Positions 16,041 through 25,264 of a DNA stretch of 41,085 bases are shown here, one piece after another. The position numbers were made by a program, and so were the translations under genes. Origin of the DNA: an uncultured Phycisphaeraceae bacterium (GTDB lineage Bacteria > Planctomycetota > Phycisphaerae > Phycisphaerales > UBA1924); contig CAZEZV010000001.1 in NCBI GenBank assembly GCA_964516725.1, positions 1 through 41,085 of the forward strand, in the 5' to 3' direction. The number at the start of each line of letters is the position of its first letter. Positions within the stretch are counted from its first letter, which is position 1. The notes below the pieces were generated by a model. The model made no database searches, was not told the origin of the DNA, and saw only the letters and a program-made list of their open reading frames with translations.

Positions 16041-17249
16041 TCAGGGCGCTTCAGGCTTGTCGCCCTGCAAGGCCCGCAGCTGCGCGCGCAGGTTCTGGAG
16101 CTGCACGCGGTTGTTGCGGTTGCCGCTTTCGAGGCGGGCACGCTGCTCGTCGGGCAGCTCGACGCTCTTGAGGCGCAGGCTGTTTTCGCGGATCTGCAGT
16201 TCGAGCTGTCGCATTTGACGCTTGATGTCGAGCGTCAGGTCCATACCGCCCAGCCCGTCCTTGGTCTTGACTGGGATGCGCTTACTGGGCTCGGGCTCGA
16301 ACGACGTTGCTGCGTCGTCGGTCAATGCGCGGTGCAGCCCGGCGCGGACGACGTTGAGCGCGCGGAACGGAGCGGTGTCGGGCAGCACGCCGGCCTGCGC
16401 GTCGTTGCGTGCTTGTATTTCGTCGGCTCGCTTGCGACGGCGTTCTTCGCCCACGACCCGGCGATACTGCTCGGGATCAAACGGCGCGACAACGGGCTTG
16501 GGCGCGGGGCCTGCGCCCTCTCGCACGAGGCGGTATTGCCATGCGCGGCGTTTGTCTGCGCTCGTAAGACCGCCCGCGGAACGCTGCTGCAGGTCTTTGA
16601 AGCTGCCTAGGCGTAGGCGAAGCGACTTGGTCTCGCCGGCTCGCTCGACGACAACAGTCACTTCATCGCCTGGCTCGAAGCTGATGATGATGGGGCGCGC
16701 CTCCAACTGGCTGAGGATGGGCAGACCTTCGATTGACTTGAGCACGTCGCCCGCCATCAGCACACGCGCGGAATCAAAGCCTTCGGTTGGATGCTCGATG
16801 GTGACGCCGCTGCCTGGGAGGAAGGATGAGCGAGAAAACTGCACGCCCATCGCGGCTCTCTCTTGGCGCTCGAAGCGGACGTACCCGATGCGTTCGAGGC
16901 GGGTGCGCTGCTCTGGCGAGAGGTCATTCTTCGACAGTTCCTTCGCGATCTGCTTGACGCTGACAAGCGAGGTTGCCAACTGTGCTTCGGCCTCTTCTCG
17001 GGCTTCGAAGTCGTCGGAGTCAAGCTGCTTCACGAGCGAACTGATGTCGAAGTCGCTTAAACCGGCGGACGCGACGTGGGGAGTGCTGTCTGCGAGCGCG
17101 ATGGTGCAAGGGCCGGTGATTACAACGAGCATCGCGCCGATCGCGACACAGCGCGACAGGACCGAGCGAGCTGGCTTTGGTTCGATGCAGCAACCCGCGC
17201 GACGGAAGTCGGCTCGCTGATTCATCATACTGATCCGTTTCTGGCTCAT
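16041..17249 (-). CDS. membrane-anchored PDZ-domain protein with C-terminal coiled coil
   Basis: Start re-set to ATG 17249 (MSQKRISMMNQ) to avoid overlapping the upstream gene. PDZ-like segment GVTIEHPTEGFDSARVLMAGDVLKSIEG...GDEVTVVVERAG. The C-terminal part is charged and helical. Confidence 0.8.
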   Translation of the reverse strand: MSQKRISMMNQRADFRRAGCCIEPKPARSVLSRCVAIGAMLVVITGPCTIALADSTPHVASAGLSDFDISSLVKQLDSDDFEAREEAEAQLATSLVSVKQIAKELSKNDLSPEQRTRLERIGYVRFERQERAAMGVQFSRSSFLPGSGVTIEHPTEGFDSARVLMAGDVLKSIEGLPILSQLEARPIIISFEPGDEVTVVVERAGETKSLRLRLGSFKDLQQRSAGGLTSADKRRAWQYRLVREGAGPAPKPVVAPFDPEQYRRVVGEERRRKRADEIQARNDAQAGVLPDTAPFRALNVVRAGLHRALTDDAATSFEPEPSKRIPVKTKDGLGGMDLTLDIKRQMRQLELQIRENSLRLKSVELPDEQRARLESGNRNNRVQLQNLRAQLRALQGDKPEAP

Positions 17250-17325
17250 GCAACCACCCCCCGAACTTGCAAACTCCGCAGCAGTCAAGAGTAGCGTGGG
17301 AGACAGGCGGGTGAAGCGGGTGGAT

Positions 17326-18336
17326 TCACGCCGTGGCCAGCGCCTGCTTGTACCACGCCACCGTCTCCGCAAGCCCGGTTTCCAGCGATGCGAAGGGTTC
17401 GTACCCGATCAGTTGCCTTGCAAGCCCGATATCCGCGAGGGAGTGCTTGACGTCGCCGTCGCGCTCGGGTGCAAAGGTCGGGTGGATATGAGGCACACCG
17501 CAGGCGATGGCCATTTGTGTTGCGAGGTCGATCACGCTCACGCGCCGGCCCGTGCCGATGTTCATCACTTCGCCCATGAGTTTCTGTGGGGCCGATCCGG
17601 CAAGCAGCGTCGCGAGGACGGCGTTGCTCACGTATGTGAAGTCGCGGGTCTGTGCGCCGTCGCCGTAGATCTTTGGCGGCTCGCCTTTCAGCAACGCCTT
17701 TGCGAACGCCGCCATCACAGCCGCGTATGCGGAGTCGGCGGATTGACGCGGGCCGAAGATGTTGAAGAATCGCACCGACGCGGTGGACAAGCCGTACGAC
17801 CTTGACCAGGTCGCCAGCAAGTGCTCGCCCGCAAGCTTGGTCGCGGCGTAGGGCGACATCGGCTTTGGCATGTGCGTCTCTACTTTGGGCAACTCAAGCA
17901 AGTCGCCGTACGCGGAGCTTGATGCGGCGAACACGACACGCTCTGCTTTTGCACGACGCGCTGCTTCGAGCACGCACACTGTGCCGGTTGCATTCACGCT
18001 CCAGTAGCGCTGGGGTTCAGCAACCGAGCGAGGAACCGAACCCAACGCCGCGAGATGGAAGATTGTCTGAGCGCCCTCAAAGGCCTTGTCTAACGACTCC
18101 TCATCCAGAATCGATCCCTGGATAAACGACACACGATCTGGCTCGAGCTCGATGTGTCCGGACAGGTGATCGAGCGTGCTATTGGACAGATCGTCAATCA
18201 CCGAGACGATCGCGCCGACCCCCAGGAGGGTGTCGATCAGATGCCCGCCGATAAACCCGGCTCCGCCAGTGACGCACACCTTTCGGCGTTCGTAGAACGT
18301 GCGCAGTTTGGCGACTTTGTCCGCAGGGAGTTTCAT
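17326..18336 (-). CDS. NAD-dependent nucleotide-sugar epimerase/dehydratase (extended SDR, WbpP/TviC-like)
   Basis: VTGGAGFIGGHLIDTLL Rossmann motif, SPYAATKLAGE catalytic YxxxK, and FFNIFGPRQS. Confidence 0.95.
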   Translation of the reverse strand: MKLPADKVAKLRTFYERRKVCVTGGAGFIGGHLIDTLLGVGAIVSVIDDLSNSTLDHLSGHIELEPDRVSFIQGSILDEESLDKAFEGAQTIFHLAALGSVPRSVAEPQRYWSVNATGTVCVLEAARRAKAERVVFAASSSAYGDLLELPKVETHMPKPMSPYAATKLAGEHLLATWSRSYGLSTASVRFFNIFGPRQSADSAYAAVMAAFAKALLKGEPPKIYGDGAQTRDFTYVSNAVLATLLAGSAPQKLMGEVMNIGTGRRVSVIDLATQMAIACGVPHIHPTFAPERDGDVKHSLADIGLARQLIGYEPFASLETGLAETVAWYKQALATA

Positions 18337-18481
18337 GCAAAGAGGATAGGGACGGTGTGCCCCCGAAGCCCCCGAAGTACCCTACAACGTACTTGCGATG
18401 CCTCTCCAGAGTTCGGATGTTTACCGGGTTCTGCGGCGATTGCCCCTGAACAGCCAAACACGGTCGGCGTATCTTTAGAGA

Positions 18482-18910
18482 GTGAAGCCTGTCGTTCTGT
18501 CCTTGCTGCTCGTACTGCAACTCTTCGTTGCACCGTGGATTCACGCGCGCGATGCTGAAAACACGACGGAAGCGGCGGCTCTGTCAAGCGAAACCGACTG
18601 CTGCTGTTGCGATTGCGGTTGCTGTACGGGCGAAGCAATGCCCGGCAGGACCGGCACCCCGTCCAGATCCTGCACGCCCGACAACTGTGGGTGTGGAGCG
18701 CGAGTGGCTCAGTCGGCACTGATCGAACGCCAAGCGGTTCGCAAGGCTGGCGTGGCTCGGAAGGCGAACACACTCACGGGCGCTGCGCGAGATCGCCTTG
18801 CGGGTTCGATGCGGCTGGTTTGCTTCGAGAGCCGCAACACGGTGCGCAGTCGTGCTGATGTGCTGACAACGCGAGCTCGGCTTTCCTTGTTTTGTTGCTG
18901 GACGACCTAG
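18482..18910 (+). CDS. secreted poly-cysteine protein, no recognised family
   Basis: GTG start. Signal peptide (M)KPVVLSLLLVLQLFVAPWIHA, then ETDCCCCDCGCCTGE and SCTPDNCGCG, an Arg/Ala-rich segment, and a C-terminal FCCWTT. No convincing RBS. First gene of a same-strand cluster. Confidence 0.55.
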   Translation: MKPVVLSLLLVLQLFVAPWIHARDAENTTEAAALSSETDCCCCDCGCCTGEAMPGRTGTPSRSCTPDNCGCGARVAQSALIERQAVRKAGVARKANTLTGAARDRLAGSMRLVCFESRNTVRSRADVLTTRARLSLFCCWTT

Positions 18911-19046
18911 CTCGGAGATTCCGCGCACGCATCACAAGCTTCGCTCTTGCGTTTTGCAGAGAGCAATCGTCGCGTTCGGGCTATGCCCGGACTGATTCTT
19001 CCCGCAATCAAACTCTCAACTGCACAAAGGTGCAAGGACTCTTTTC

Positions 19047-19436
19047 ATGTTGACCAATCGCTCATTCGTCGCGGCGTTGTCCGCGTCTGTTCTTGTTGCG
19101 TTCTTTGTTTCCGGCTGCGCGAGCACGCCCGCAATGGAAGAAAACGCCGTCGTCCATCACGTGTCCGATGCTGATACGCAAGCCGCGCACAGCAAGGACA
19201 AACTCCGGGGCACGACCGCCGTGCTCTGGGTCAATGGTCTTGGCTGTCCGCAGTGCGCGACCAACGCCGACCTGCAACTCAAGCGAATTTCTGGTGTCGG
19301 AAACATCTACACCGACCTCAGCACGGGCAAGATCAGCCTTTCGCTGCCTGGCGGCGAGAAGAACCCAACGGCCAAGCGCCTTTCCGATTCGGTCGCGGAC
19401 GCTGGCTTCACACTCGTGAAAATCGAGTCCAACTGA
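19047..19436 (+). CDS. heavy-metal-associated (HMA) domain lipoprotein
   Basis: Lipobox FFVSGC. HMA fold with the metal-binding loop VNGLGCPQCATNADLQLKRISGV and the C-terminal beta strand GFTLVKI. Confidence 0.85.
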   Translation: MLTNRSFVAALSASVLVAFFVSGCASTPAMEENAVVHHVSDADTQAAHSKDKLRGTTAVLWVNGLGCPQCATNADLQLKRISGVGNIYTDLSTGKISLSLPGGEKNPTAKRLSDSVADAGFTLVKIESN

Positions 19437-19469
19437 TCACCCAAGACACTTCAACACAAGGAACAACTC

Positions 19470-20321
19470 ATGAAAACAAGTCTGCTCGCAGGCCTCGTGC
19501 TTGCCTGTCTTTCATCTCCGGTCCTCGCCCAGGAAGCCATGGAAACCGCCGCAGCGACCATGCCAAGCCCGGGCATTCTCACGTTTCGTCCGCAGTTCCA
19601 TGTCTCCAGTTACGGCCAAAGGCCCGACGTCGCCTCGGGTTCGGGCATACTGAGCGACCGCACGCTCAGCGCGACAGCAGACATGGGCATTCAGTACGGC
19701 CTTGCCCGTGACTGGTCGCTGTCTTTCGATGTGCCGCTGACGCTAGAGCGTGAAGAAGACCTCTCCGGCGACACCGACAGCGCCGTCGGCGTTGAAGACG
19801 TTGACGCGTACCTCAAGTGGCGCTTCTACCGAAAGGATCACGGCGGCATCAACACCACGCGAGCCGCGCTCTTGTTTGGTGCGGAGTTCGCCAGCGGCGA
19901 CAGCGAGAAATTCTCAAGTCAATCCGTCAATCCTCACGTCGGTGCCGTCATCACCATCGTTCATGGGCGTTTGGGCTTCAACCAAGACTTTCACTACACA
20001 TGGAACACCGGCGGCTCCCGCGAACGCAACCTGGGCGGCGATGGGCCCGACGACCACATCAGTGCGGGCACGGCGTTTGTCTATCGCGTCTGGCCCGACG
20101 CTTTTACTTCCCAATCCGTCGGTGCGTGGTACGTGACCGCAGAGGGCATCCAGCACTACGAAACCAATGGCGATTACGAGCTGCGATTCCTGCCGGGTGT
20201 GATGTATGAAGGCAGGACGTGGGCGTTTGAGGCGATGCTCGTACTGCCGGTGATTGAGGAACTGGACGAGCGGCCCGAACTAGAGTGGGGAGCGGGGTTT
20301 GGGTTTCGATTCACGTTCTAG
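19470..20321 (+). CDS. outer-membrane beta-barrel protein (MetA-pathway/transporter-like barrel, putative)
   Basis: Signal peptide MKTSLLAGLVLACLSSPVLA, alternating amphipathic strands, and the C-terminal GAGFGFRFTF with terminal Phe that is typical of OMPs. Confidence 0.8.
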   Translation: MKTSLLAGLVLACLSSPVLAQEAMETAAATMPSPGILTFRPQFHVSSYGQRPDVASGSGILSDRTLSATADMGIQYGLARDWSLSFDVPLTLEREEDLSGDTDSAVGVEDVDAYLKWRFYRKDHGGINTTRAALLFGAEFASGDSEKFSSQSVNPHVGAVITIVHGRLGFNQDFHYTWNTGGSRERNLGGDGPDDHISAGTAFVYRVWPDAFTSQSVGAWYVTAEGIQHYETNGDYELRFLPGVMYEGRTWAFEAMLVLPVIEELDERPELEWGAGFGFRFTF

Positions 20322-20491
20322 TCAGTTGGTCGGGCCAGAGACGGGCCCCAACACCAACAAAACCCGCATCGCTTGCGGCGTTTCGTCCGATACAACTCCG
20401 AGTCGTTCCTTGCCGCGTGCCGAACAATGCACGCGGCTTTTCGTATGTGCGCGAGGCACGCAAGAGATGGCGAACGTGGTTGAAAACGTCA

Positions 20492-22132
20492 ATGGCGGAC
20501 GCAGAATCTTCATCCCGGCCTGACGCCCCATTCGAAGCACCCCCCGATGCGTCCCTCATCGCGCCCGCAGACGAGCCGAACACGCCACCCGAGATCAGCG
20601 TGGGCAAGCGCGTTGGCTTTGGGCTTGCATGGACGCTGGTTGCGAACGTGATCGGCAAGGGTGCAGGCATCGCGCTCACGATCGTGCTCGGGTATCTGCT
20701 TTCGCAAGAGGAGATGGGTGTCTGGTCTGCGACGCTGGGCGTGTACTCGATCATGGTCGCGCTCCGCGATGGCGGGCTTGGAACTTTGCTCGTTCAGAGA
20801 GGCGAGCGCGAGTACGAGAACCTGATTGGCCCGGTCTTCTGGCTGTCCGCCGGGCTTCACATGTTTGGCGCGCTGGCGCTTGCGGCGATTGCTCCGATCT
20901 ATGCGGCGCAGCAGCCGGACAAGGTGGGTTTGCAGGGCACGATGCTGCTGTGCGCGCTTGCGCTGCTTCTGCTGTCGCCCTCGGCGGCGGCGTTTGCGAG
21001 GCTTCGCATGCAACTGCGCTTCGCCCGCGTCGCTGCGATCATGCTCGCGGCGTCGCTCGCGAGGGTGGCGGTCGTGCTCGGGTGCGCATACGCGGGGCTG
21101 GGGCCCATGAGCTTTGGCTGGGGGCTTGTGGCCGTCGCGATCATCGAATCGGGCGCGATGGTGTACAGCACGCGGGAGGCGCTCTGGGCGCACGCTCCGC
21201 AGGTGCGTCGCTGGCCCAACTTGATCTACCTCACGCGCTGGAACATCGCGCTTGCCGTCGCGAGCGCGCTGGCCGCTGCGGGCGATTCGCTAGCGCTTGC
21301 GCCGCTGGTTGATGCAAAGATTCTGGGCATCTATTACTTCGCCGTGTCGCTTGTGATGCAGGTTGAGCAGGCGATTTCGGGCTCCGCGTCGCAGGTGCTG
21401 TTCCCGGCGTTCGCGCAGTTCAAGGACGACGAGAAGCGACTGGGCGATGCGATGCTGCGGGCGTGCCAGGCGCTTGTGCTCATCGGCGCGCCGATGACGC
21501 TGGGGCTGGGCGCACTCGCGGATCCCTTGATCAAGTTTGTCTGGTCCAACAACCGGTGGGACGAATCGATCCTGTGTCTGATGGCGCTGAGCGTGTTCTT
21601 TGTGTTCCGCATCGTGTTTGTCTCGCCTGCGGCGGTGCTGCTCGCGCAGGGGCGGTTCAAACGCGTGTTCGCGTCAGTGTTTGGCGCGGGCCTGTCGCTA
21701 CCAATCGCGGCCGCCTTCGGAGCAATCGTCTGGGGCTCACCGCTTGCGATTGCGATCTGCGCCGGCGCCGCATTTGGGCCAACGTGCCTGCTCATGTCGC
21801 TGTGGATCGGCAAGCACATCGGCGTTTCGCGCCGGCGCATGCTGAAGGCGCTGCTGCCGGCGTGGTTCGCTGCGCTTGCATGCGGAGCTGCTGTTTGGAG
21901 CCTCGACAGACTTGTGTTGCAAGGAGTGTGCGGCATCGGTGTTGGCGACAGTGCTGGTCGTGTGCATCAGTTGATTCGCCTTGTCACGGGCGGCGCATGC
22001 TTCTGGCTGCTCTACATCGTGCTCATCCGCTTCGCGCTGACACACGCGCTCATTGACGGACTTTCCATCACGCCTCAGCGCATTCGCGGCCCAATTCAGA
22101 AAGTTCTGCGATTAAATTCTGAAAGCGCCTAG
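20492..22132 (+). CDS. MOP-superfamily flippase (Wzx-like polysaccharide/oligosaccharide exporter)
   Basis: Start re-set to ATG 20492 (MADAESSS). About 12-14 TM helices. The N-terminal pattern GFGLAWTLVANVIGKGAGIALTIVLGYLLSQEEMG is typical of Wzx/PST-family proteins. Confidence 0.8.
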   Translation: MADAESSSRPDAPFEAPPDASLIAPADEPNTPPEISVGKRVGFGLAWTLVANVIGKGAGIALTIVLGYLLSQEEMGVWSATLGVYSIMVALRDGGLGTLLVQRGEREYENLIGPVFWLSAGLHMFGALALAAIAPIYAAQQPDKVGLQGTMLLCALALLLLSPSAAAFARLRMQLRFARVAAIMLAASLARVAVVLGCAYAGLGPMSFGWGLVAVAIIESGAMVYSTREALWAHAPQVRRWPNLIYLTRWNIALAVASALAAAGDSLALAPLVDAKILGIYYFAVSLVMQVEQAISGSASQVLFPAFAQFKDDEKRLGDAMLRACQALVLIGAPMTLGLGALADPLIKFVWSNNRWDESILCLMALSVFFVFRIVFVSPAAVLLAQGRFKRVFASVFGAGLSLPIAAAFGAIVWGSPLAIAICAGAAFGPTCLLMSLWIGKHIGVSRRRMLKALLPAWFAALACGAAVWSLDRLVLQGVCGIGVGDSAGRVHQLIRLVTGGACFWLLYIVLIRFALTHALIDGLSITPQRIRGPIQKVLRLNSESA

Positions 22133-22179
22133 CCCCCCACCGTTTCCGCCCACCCCCACCCCCCGCCCCCCGAGTCACC

Positions 22180-23409
22180 ATGACACGACCATGGACCAAA
22201 ACGATCACGCGGCTGCTCGTGCTTGTGCTTCAGTGCGCGTGCTGGGTTGTCGTTGGCGCGTGGCTGGTTGGGCGGATCGCGAGCGACCGCTTCTTATGGA
22301 GTCAGTTTCTGTCATGGATTCCCACGATTGTGCCGTTGGCGGCGGCGATCGTGGTCTGGATGCTTGCGATACTCGCTCCCAGGGATCACAAGCCCGGAGC
22401 GCTTCTGACGAATGTCGGCGCGGCGCCCGCCCGGCGGCGCGGCGCTGGTGCGATGTCGTTTTTCTCTCTGCCCGCGATCGCAGCCATATCGGTCGTTGCT
22501 TGGCTCGCTGTGATTGACATCCGTGTACACGCGATCTTCACGGGCTTCGGTTCCAGTAAGTCGCCGGTCGCCCTGCGCCTCCTGTGTTGGAATGCGACGA
22601 CGGCGAGCGTGCCGCAGATGGCCTCGCTCGTCAAGGAGCACAGGCCCGACATCGCAATTTTGTCGAACACGCCGTTTAGCGCGTCGCTCGTTCCTGTGCG
22701 CGACGCAATGAGCGCAGCGGCGAAGGAAGGAAACAAGGAGCCGGCGACCTACGTCGCCAGTTCCATACGCCTCAACGTCATCTCACGCTTTCCGGTTCTT
22801 CACCACGCCGTGATGCCTTTAAGGATTTCCGGCGCGAAGGAGCGCACCTTCACGTGGGTCGGCGGCGGCATGAAGCACATCGATACGGGGCAGTTGATGT
22901 GCGTCGCACTTGACACGACAAAGGGCTTGGGCCGACCAACTGTCCTTTGGGTCGTCGACCTTCCCAGCGATCCGGACATCCCGCGTGCCCGCATGATGCG
23001 TGAGTTTGAGTCTGCTGTTGCGAGCTTCGGCACAACAATCATGCGCCGCGCCGAAGACGGTCTTGATCGCGTCGTGCCGCCAGGCGATCGGGCGAGGGTT
23101 CTTGCGAGCCTCAAACATCCGGACATCATCGCGGGCGACTTCAACACGACTCGCGACAGCGCGAGCCTCGCCCGGTTTCTGGACTCGCTGGGCTCGTTCG
23201 AGCATGCAAAGGCGCAGAGCACGGGCGCGGGCGGCGTAGGCTGGGACTTTACTTACCCACGAACCTTCCCGGTACTGCACATCGACCACGTGTTTGTCAG
23301 CACAACGCAGAACACGAACAACGGCACGCATTCGCTGCGGGCAAAGAACTACAACGTCCTTGATCCGGATGTTGGGCGACACTGTGTCCAGGTCGTGGAT
23401 ATGGAGTAG
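22180..23409 (+). CDS. membrane-anchored endonuclease/exonuclease/phosphatase (EEP) family protein
   Basis: Three N-terminal TM helices. EEP motifs LLCWNA, PDIAILSN, IIAGDFNTTRDS and HIDHVFVS. Confidence 0.85.
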   Translation: MTRPWTKTITRLLVLVLQCACWVVVGAWLVGRIASDRFLWSQFLSWIPTIVPLAAAIVVWMLAILAPRDHKPGALLTNVGAAPARRRGAGAMSFFSLPAIAAISVVAWLAVIDIRVHAIFTGFGSSKSPVALRLLCWNATTASVPQMASLVKEHRPDIAILSNTPFSASLVPVRDAMSAAAKEGNKEPATYVASSIRLNVISRFPVLHHAVMPLRISGAKERTFTWVGGGMKHIDTGQLMCVALDTTKGLGRPTVLWVVDLPSDPDIPRARMMREFESAVASFGTTIMRRAEDGLDRVVPPGDRARVLASLKHPDIIAGDFNTTRDSASLARFLDSLGSFEHAKAQSTGAGGVGWDFTYPRTFPVLHIDHVFVSTTQNTNNGTHSLRAKNYNVLDPDVGRHCVQVVDME

Positions 23410-23454
23410 CAGGCCTCAATCGTGCTTGGGATGGAAACGGGTTGAAGTTTCAAG

Positions 23455-23590
23455 TCAGCACAGAGAGATGAAGAGGGCGAACGAGGGAGTGGTGAGATGG
23501 AAACGACAAACTGAAAACGGACTGAAACGGCTGACCGTTCCTGTCCTTGACGTTCTCTTCTTCCGCTTGATCTCTATGTCTCTGTGCTGA
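23455..23590. repeat. Family A long hairpin repeat, copy 2
   Basis: tcagcacagaga (23455-23466) and tctctgtgctga (23579-23590) are perfect complements. The left arm is GA-rich (gatgaagagggcgaacgaggga, gtgagatgg) and the right arm CT-rich (cgttctcttcttccgcttg). It lies between convergent genes. Confidence 0.75.
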
Positions 23591-23608
23591 AAGCGATCTA
23601 TCAGCACT

Positions 23609-24499
23609 TCACATCTTCACCGCGATCAACTCAAACACCGGCGGCAGCAGCACGAACGATGATGGGTTGTTGCTGGCCTCTTTCCATGCGGCGAGTGCGG
23701 CGACGCGGTCTGCCTCTTCGATGAATCCTGCCTGCACCAGCTTGGGCATGAAGACGTCGAAGAACGACTGGGGCCAGTGCCACATTTGTTCGCCGGGCCT
23801 GGCCATGCGCTGGATCACGTTGACGTACTCGACTTTGAAGCCGTTTTGTTCGAGCATCCCGGGCAGTTTGGCCATGACATCAGTGTCGCCGCCCCGGCTG
23901 CGCCAACTCGCGGCGGTGGCTTGCACAACCTTCGTGAACGCTTCGCGGCGCGGGGCGAGGGTCATGCTGCGCTCATAGTTGAAGTAGTCTTGCACGGCGA
24001 TGCGGCCGCCGGTCTTGATGAGCGGACTCAGGCCTTCGATCACGGCTTCTGGCTCGGGCAGGAAGCAGAAGACCCAGCGCGCGTATGCGGCGTCGATCGT
24101 GCCCTGGCCATCCTCGATGCACTCGCCGAGATTTTGCACGTCGCCCAGCACGCGCTCGATGTTTGTGAGTTTGCGCGCGACGGAGAGGTCGTGCAGTTGT
24201 TTCAAGAATGCGGCGGACTCATCAACAGCGATGACGCGGCCCATCGGGCCCACGATCTGCGATAGATCGAGGGACGCGTGACCGGGGCCGCTGCCGACGT
24301 CCATGACGGTCATGCCGGGCTGGATACGGGCCTTTTCCCAGAGTTCGTGCGCTGCCGCGGACCACAGGCGATGCTGCAAGCCCAGGCGAAACGTTTCGTC
24401 GGTGCCCGTGCCGAGGACGTAGGGCTGCATGTCCGTCGCGTCGGTGGCGGGCTGTGGGCGGGCGGGAGTAGGAGCAGGGTTTTTTGCGGTGCTGTTCAT
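23609..24499 (-). CDS. class I SAM-dependent methyltransferase
   Basis: The track start is TTG; ATG 24499 gives MNSTAKN. Motif I VMDVGSGPGHASLDL, followed by RVIAVDES. Confidence 0.9.
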   Translation of the reverse strand: MNSTAKNPAPTPARPQPATDATDMQPYVLGTGTDETFRLGLQHRLWSAAAHELWEKARIQPGMTVMDVGSGPGHASLDLSQIVGPMGRVIAVDESAAFLKQLHDLSVARKLTNIERVLGDVQNLGECIEDGQGTIDAAYARWVFCFLPEPEAVIEGLSPLIKTGGRIAVQDYFNYERSMTLAPRREAFTKVVQATAASWRSRGGDTDVMAKLPGMLEQNGFKVEYVNVIQRMARPGEQMWHWPQSFFDVFMPKLVQAGFIEEADRVAALAAWKEASNNPSSFVLLPPVFELIAVKM

Positions 24500-25167
24500 G
24501 GTGTTGAGCGTGCACAATCCAACGAAACGCTCGTGTCCTTCTTTACAAACTTCTGGAAGCGGTCCCCGCTTCGCTTGTGAGTCTACTCGTTCAACGTGAC
24601 CTACTCAAAGTCCCAACTGTTGTTTGATGCTCTCTTGACGATCCGTGTCACTCAGTATGTCCGTCGTACACGGAGCGTTCGTCAACTTCATGTTCATGCG
24701 AGCAGGTGGGCAATATGGTTGCATCTCTCAGCAGAAAATACAAATCGCTCTAGGTGGGTGTCGGCAAGTCTCTACGTCGCCTTTCCACAATGCTTTGCGC
24801 GATGCGACGGGGTGACGATTGGGTAAGGGTCGTGTGAAGATGGTGTGTGTTACCGGCAGTTGCCGACGTTGTCTGGTTGTCGGCAGAATCAGCGCAAAGA
24901 CAACAGGACCGAGAATAACGGACATTGGCGCGAGCGGGCTTCGACGCGTGCTTGGCGTGAGTGATCGGATTGCGTGAAAGCGCGAGCATGAAACCTTGCT
25001 CCTCGAATACACATTCGCGTCGTGCTTGAAGCGGTTGCAATACGCGAGCCGCCTGATTACTGCAATGCCGGTTGTTCACTCGCACATGGTGCGTTCTTTT
25101 TCGCACTTGGGTTGAAGCAACACGAATCATCGTGGCACGAAGCGCAAATCACCTACGATCCGCGGGT

Positions 25168-25242
25168 GGGTGGCACAGGCGTCCTCGCCTGTGCCCAGGC
25201 GCCAGTGACATTCAAGCACAGGCGAGGACGCCTGTGCCACCC
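25168..25242. repeat. Family B REP-like palindromic pair, copy 2
   Basis: gggtggcacaggcgtcctcgcctgtgc (25168-25194) is the exact reverse complement of 25216-25242, with a 21-nt spacer. Each unit is itself a hairpin (cacaggcg-tcct-cgcctgtg). Confidence 0.85.
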
Positions 25243-25264
25243 TTCACACGGAGTATTCGCCAAG

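Noticed and set aside
18360-18377. Tandem 9-mer cccccgaag-cccccgaag in the epimerase / Cys-rich gene divergent promoter region
   Set aside because: Only two units and no further copies noticed. Too little to interpret.
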